Program-made: the position numbers and the translations under genes
Shown here: positions 40,627 through 46,003 of the stretch, piece by piece
How positions within the stretch are numbered: the stretch's first letter is position 1
How the letters are laid out: the number at the start of each line of letters is the position of its first letter
Source: Chrysochromulina tobinii
Taxonomy: Eukaryota
Direction: 5' to 3'
Assembly (NCBI GenBank): GCA_001275005.1
Contig: JWZX01003329.1
Coordinates: forward strand, 1-46,003
DNA: 46,003 bases
Notes under the pieces: generated by a model
What the model saw: the letters and a program-made list of their open reading frames with translations, nothing else
The model's database searches: none
Told to the model about the DNA's origin: nothing

Positions 40627-43600
40627 ATGACCGCCCCCTTCCAACCGGTGTCCGTCTTCGTTCGGGTGCGCAGCCACAAAGGGGCTCGCGAGCGTACGCG
40701 AACGATCTCGGTTCGTTCCTCAGCCGACGGTGCCACTGATAGTCGGTCCGAGGTCGTGCTCGACAATCGCTCCTTTGTTTTTGATCAAGCCGGCGACGAG
40801 GGCACCTCGCAAGCGCGTGTCTTCGACGTGGTGGGACGTCCGACGCTCGATGCCTTCCTGGGCGGCTACAACGGGACCATCTTGTGCTACGGCCAATCGG
40901 GCTCAGGAAAGACGTACACCATGACGGGCGGCAAGCAGGACGACCGTGGCTTGCTGCCACGGCTGCTCGAGGAGGCCCTTGGCGAGCTCGCGCGTCGGCA
41001 GCAAGCCGAGTTTGATGCCGAGGCCTCGACGGCGGACGCCGGTGCTACCTTTTACTGCAGCTGCAGCTTCCTGCAGATCCACAACGATCAAATCACCGAC
41101 CTTCTCGCGCCCGCGTCAGCGTCACTGCGCCTGCGTGAGGCTCCTGATGCTCGCGGGACCTTTGTCGATGGCCTGAAGCAAGTGCAGCTGCGCTCTGCGG
41201 CCGAGGCGCTGCGCACGCTCGCGCTCGGGACGCGACGCCGAACCGTTGCGTCCACTCTGCTGAACGACCACTCCTCGCGCTCGCATGCAGTCTTCATCTT
41301 GCGGCTGCAGCGCGTCACGCGTGCGAGCGACGGGTTACAGGTACGTGCCTCTCAGCTCAATCTCGTGGATCTCGGGTTGCAGGTACGAACCTCTCAGCTC
41401 AATCTCGTTGATCTCGTGTTGCAGGTACGAACCTCTCAGCTCAATCTCGTGGATCTCGCCGGCTCGGAGCGGCAGGCCCGCGTCTCACAGTCGAGCTCGG
41501 AGTTGGGTATGCCGGCCTGCGCCGAGGATGAGAGCTTGCTGCTGGATGAGGCTTGTTCCATCAACCGAAGCCTCTCGGCACTGTCAGGAGTGATCCAGGT
41601 AGGTGATCTGGCGAGAGGGGTGTGGCACCGTGATGATTGCCTCTCGAATTGCCTCGACTTGCGTACGATTGACTCTGTCTGACTCTGAACGCGTTCGGGA
41701 ATGATCCAGGCACTCAATGCGGGGCGGCCACACGTACCTTACCGCGACTCGAAACTCACGCAGCTACTGAGAGACTCTCTGGGGGGGAGTGCTCGCACGT
41801 GGCTGGTCGCAAACGTGAGCCCGCTCGCCGCATGCAAGGCCGAGACCCTGAGCACACTTCTGTTCGCGGCCCGGGCCCAGAGGGTGCACAACCAAACGTT
41901 GCAGCAGCCAGACCGGCCGGTGGATCGGGGTGCGCAAGAAGCGCTCGGGGCGGCGCTCGGTGAGGCGGTGAGCACCATCGGCCCTCCGCCAAGTCCGCGA
42001 TCGGCAGTGCCGCCCCTGAAGCCGCACTGGGACTCGCAGCTTCTTTGTACGGACGCACCTCATCGGCTCTTCACGACCCCAGACGATTGCCTGCACGAGG
42101 CGCTCGTCGACCTCGACGCGCGAGCGTCGGTGGACTGTGCGGCGCTGCGAGCGGCGCTGGCGGATGCCGACGCTGAGCACGCGCAGGAAATGGCGAGGGA
42201 GCTTGCGAGCGCGGCTGCGCGGGTGGAGGTGGCGGTGCAGGCGGCGGTGCAGGCGGCGGTGAGGGAGGAGGGCGCACATCACGAGCGCCGAGCGTCTCTG
42301 TTCCGAACGCTGATGGCGGAGCAAATCGATGCTCTGAGCACGCGCGCGGTGCAGGCGGAGGAGACTGCCTGGGCGGCAGCGGAGGCGGTCAAACAGGCAG
42401 AGACGGAGGCGAGGGAGGCGCAGGCAGCAGAGGTGGCGCGCAAAGCAGCAGAGGCGGCGGCCGAGCAGCTAGCGGAGGCGGTCAAAGCCGTACGGGTGGA
42501 GATGGCGGCGGAGGCGGCCGAGCAGCTAGCGGCAGCGCTGGCGGAGGCACGTGCTGCACACGAGGCGACGCTGGCAACGGCCCTGACTGCGGCGGCCGCG
42601 AGGTCGGCAGCGGCATTGGAGGAGGCCGTCGCGGCAGAGCGAGCGGTGGCGAAGGCGTTGCGAGAAGAAGTGGTCGCGACCTCTGCGGCGGCGGCCGCAC
42701 GCGCCGCACGCGCCGCCACGCTTGTGGAAATGGAGGCCGCCGCGGCGCACAAGGCGGCGCAAGTCGAGGCGAAGGCGAAGGCGGACGCCCTGCAGACAGC
42801 CGAAGCACATGCGGCGGACGTTGCCGCGGCGCTTGAGTTCGCCGACGCTGAGCATACAAGGGCGGAGGAGGTGGCAGCGGAGCGAGCGGCCCACGACCGC
42901 GAGGCGGCGATCGAGACGGCGGTAGCGAAGGTGCTCGCGGAGGAGCGGCGAAGGAATGAGGTGAGGGAGCAGGAGAAAGAGGGTGCGATACGGGCGGAGG
43001 AGCGCGCGAGGGCTGCAGAGAAGCTGGCGGAGGCGCTTGCTGTGGAACAGCGAGCTCGGGCACTCGACAAGGCTGAGGCGGCAGCGGCGATGGAGGAGGC
43101 AGTTTTTGCCGTGCGGACGGTGATGAAGGAGGCGGGTGAGAAGCTGGCCGCGGCGAAGGCGGAGGCGCGCGCCGTGCACGAGGCGGCGCTGGCGGCAAAG
43201 AGGGCGGAGATGCAGGCGGAGATGCAGGCGGTACTTGAGACTAAGGCAGCGGAGGTGGAGGCAGCGATCGCGCGGGTGGCAGAGGTCGAGGCGCGGGCGC
43301 AGGCGCAGGCACGGGTCAGCGAGGCCAAGGTGGCGGAGCTTGAGAAGAGGGCGCGCTCGAGCGAGGCGAAGGCGGCGGAGCTCGAGGAGGAGCTCTTTTT
43401 GAGCCTCGGGGAGACGGTGGAGGCGGAGGCGGCCACTCTTGACAAGGCGAAGGCGGAGGTGAGCTCGCTCCGGCTCCAATTGACGAAGCTCACTCGGGCG
43501 GCGGCCGAGGCGCAGCTCGAGCTCGTGAAGCAAGAAAAAGGACGGCTCGAGGACGCGACGGGTGAGTCGACCTTGCTGAATGAGCTCGCGTCACTGCGGC

Positions 43601-44439
43601 TGGCACAGAAGGTGGCGGAGGCAGAGCATACGAGGGCAATTGGGGCGCTGCGCGACGAGCATACGAAAGCGCTCGGCAGAATTAGGGAGGAGCATGCAGG
43701 CGCGCTGGGGGTGCTGAGGGAGGAGGCGGCGGCACTGCGGGCATGCGTGCTACATAATGACGACGTGAGCGCGACGCTGGCGACGGAGGCGAGCCGGGCT
43801 GCCCAGGTGCATGCAGCCGAGGTGGCGAGGCTACAGGAGAATTTGCGCATGGCAGCCGATGAGCTGGCGAGGATGCAGGTGCCTCTCGAAAACCCTCTGA
43901 TTGCATTGCGTACAAGTGCCTCTCGAGATCCACTGAGTGCGTCTGATTGCATTGCATGCAAGTGCGTCTCGAGATCCACTGAGTGTGTCTCATTGCATTG
44001 CATGCAGGAGAAGCTGGGGAGGACCGAGACTGCTCTCCAGGCGCGTGGAGCACACGAGCACTCTGCAGGCAGCAGCGCCATCGATCTCAGTGCCCATTCG
44101 GAGGAGATTCGATCTCATTCGGAGGAGATTCGATCTCATTCGGAGGAGATTCGATGGGGCGCATCAGGCGAGCCCGAAATGATTGAGGGAGGCAGGAGCC
44201 CTGAGCGGAGCACTCCGTCGAAGCACCTTGAGCCGCACCTGCAGTCTGGGGCGTCCCGACCTACGCCCGGGCAGCCGAGGCGAATGCTGGGCGCCCTCAA
44301 TACCAATGCGAGTCCCGCAGCAAAGGAGAAGCCAAAGTCGCCTGGGCCGGTCGCAGCCTTGGTCGCGCGAGCGCTCGCGATGAAGAGGCCTTCGTCGTCC
44401 GAGAGCGGCCATCGTCCTTTGGCGTTCCTGCCGATTTGA
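40627..44439 (+). CDS. Kinesin-like protein (kinesin-12/KIF15-like N-terminal motor plus long coiled coil); introns 41341-41424, 41599-41709, 43879-44007, possibly 41968-42099
   Basis: FVFD, GYNGTILCYGQSGSGKT, NDHSSRSH, LNLVDLAGSE, HVPYRDSKLTQLLRDSLGG. GT-AG boundaries join the two ORFs in frame. Confidence 0.88.
44096..44155 (+). repeat. 21-nt tandem repeat x3 (HSEEIRS)
   Basis: cattcggaggagattcgatct units. Confidence 0.9.
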
Positions 44440-44535
44440 GTGGTGGATGGTTTTGTGGATGCATTCACATTCATCACACTTCCTTGCTTCACACCTCCCA
44501 TTTCGCGCCACTACGCTAAACGCGCGTTCCCGCAC

Positions 44536-45090
44536 ATGGAAGCTGATCCGGAAGCGATCGTGGTGGCGCTCAAGCTCTCGACGGCGCGCGTACGCCGGCT
44601 CGCCGCCGCGGTCGAGGCCGAAGAGGCCGCGCTTGTGCAGGCAGCACTAATGGAGGCAGAGGTGATGGCAGCGGCGAGGGGCAGCAGCAGCACAGCGAGC
44701 GCAGCGCGGCACACCGAGCAGCAGCTCGAGGCGCGCGTCCGAAGAACCAGTCAGCTGCTGCAGGAGGAGACGCAGAAGCTGCAGGCATCTTTGCAGAGCC
44801 ACGACAGCCAGAAGCTCGCACTCGCGGTGGAGCAGGGCGTCGATGATTACTATGACGACCTGCGTACGATGCGCCGTGAGCGGCGCGCGGTGGCCGGAGT
44901 CGGTGGCGATCCGGGGACCATGGTGCGACGCCTGCGCGAGGAAGAACGGCGGCTCGACGATGCTGTGCGCTCCCTACGTGCGGAGATCGATGCGTTGGAG
45001 GCCGACGAGATGGCGGCGGTTGAGCAGCGCCGCGCCCTCGTCAAGGCACTCCATCGACGCGAGCGCGGGGCGCGAGAAGCACGTTACTAA
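44536..45090 (+). CDS. Hypothetical coiled-coil protein
   Basis: E/R/A/L-rich heptad pattern from MEADPEAIVVALKLS to the TAA at 45090. Confidence 0.6.
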   Translation: MEADPEAIVVALKLSTARVRRLAAAVEAEEAALVQAALMEAEVMAAARGSSSTASAARHTEQQLEARVRRTSQLLQEETQKLQASLQSHDSQKLALAVEQGVDDYYDDLRTMRRERRAVAGVGGDPGTMVRRLREEERRLDDAVRSLRAEIDALEADEMAAVEQRRALVKALHRRERGAREARY

Positions 45091-45401
45091 GTGCGCGTTG
45101 ACCAGGCAACCTCGCACCACACTTGCCAGCTGTGTGTTTACGTTTGTGTTTGTTGTTCGCCAATGTGACTCTTGTGAATATGTGCGGACCGCCCCGGTTT
45201 TTACAGTGTCAGTGACCGTCTAGTAACCCTACGTAAAAGCGGCGTACTATTATTTCGTTTTCGAGCGGCGACTTTGGTCTTTCTCTTTGCGCAGCAGTTT
45301 CGCAACTCGTTCGCTCGATCGCTTCAGACGGTATACAAGACTGCCCCGCGGGGCGAACCATTCCTCGATAGACATTCACACCTGGGCGCGCGTTGATCGC
45401 G

Positions 45402-46003
45402 ATGCGCCTCCCTCTGCTCGACATGAGGCGGTGGCATGAGTCGCCGGCTGCCTTTGCCGAGGAGCTTCGTATCGCGTGCCATCGCTTTGGCTTCTTTCAG
45501 CTGCGTCACAGGATTCCTGACCATGTGGCGGAGCGTGCGATGAATGAGGCGCGGCTCTTCTTTGCGAGGCCAGTGGAGGAGAAGCAGCGCATCGGGTACG
45601 GCAGCAGTTCGGCGTTTCGTGGCTACATGGCCAATGGTGTGGAGAATACCGCTGGGAAGCCTGATCTGAGAGAGCAGGTCGAGATCGCCGCAGAGGGATT
45701 GCCGGCCGCCGCTCACGCGTGGCCGCCGTACGAAAGACTGCGTGGCCCAAACCAGTGGCCAGACGTGCAGCCACAGCTCAAGGAGGCCATCCAAGAGTTC
45801 TCAGGGTGCATGATGGGCGTCTCGACAGAGCTCACTCACGCTGTATGCATCGCCATGGGGTTGGAGCGCGAGGCCATACAGCCACTCTTCGAGCCCGCCC
45901 CACACTGGCAACTGAAGCTAGCCTCCTACAAGGCCGTGGCGTCGGACCCGTCTGGCGAGCCCGGTATGGGCGTGGGTGCACACACGGACAGCGGATTCCT
46001 CAC
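45402..46003 (+). CDS. 2-oxoglutarate/Fe(II)-dependent oxygenase (IPNS/DIOX family), 3'-partial
   Basis: Manual translation: MRLPLLDM..ACHRFGFFQL..FFARPVEEKQRI..FRGY..GPNQWP..GVGAHTDSGFL (HxD). Absent from the ORF track because it runs off the window. Confidence 0.92.
   Translation, partial: MRLPLLDMRRWHESPAAFAEELRIACHRFGFFQLRHRIPDHVAERAMNEARLFFARPVEEKQRIGYGSSSAFRGYMANGVENTAGKPDLREQVEIAAEGLPAAAHAWPPYERLRGPNQWPDVQPQLKEAIQEFSGCMMGVSTELTHAVCIAMGLEREAIQPLFEPAPHWQLKLASYKAVASDPSGEPGMGVGAHTDSGFL

Noticed and set aside
42279..44081. 600-aa minus-strand ORF
   Set aside because: Ser/Ala-rich antisense shadow of the kinesin coiled coil.

Overview
GC-rich, gene-dense eukaryotic nuclear DNA. It is probably a haptophyte alga (inferred from GC content, TGATTGC-repeat introns and a candidate GC-AG intron). 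About 20 protein genes are supportable. The first 10.2 kb is one giant minus-strand ORF (>3400 aa, Sfi1-like Trp repeats) that the ORF track misses because it runs off the window. It is followed by MAPK15/ERK7, a disordered protein, MRNIP, a SAM methyltransferase, a kinesin-13/DSK1-like motor, USB1, an EF-hand protein, a small protein with a CENP-C motif and three acidic FxF motifs, a retrotransposon relic, an MFS transporter, a fibrillin, a GDS/DxxH acyl-esterase, a 3xKH protein, PIG-M, two frameshifted genes (HET-like domain; M11-like metalloprotease), HPRT, a kinesin-12-like gene, a coiled-coil protein and a partial 2OG-Fe(II) oxygenase. The most interesting signals are the CENP-C-motif/FxF protein, the hidden giant Sfi1-like ORF, and kinesin introns that look freshly made by tandem duplication of AG|G(T) sites. 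No rRNA, tRNA or CRISPR array is supported. All calls come from manual reading, not database searches.
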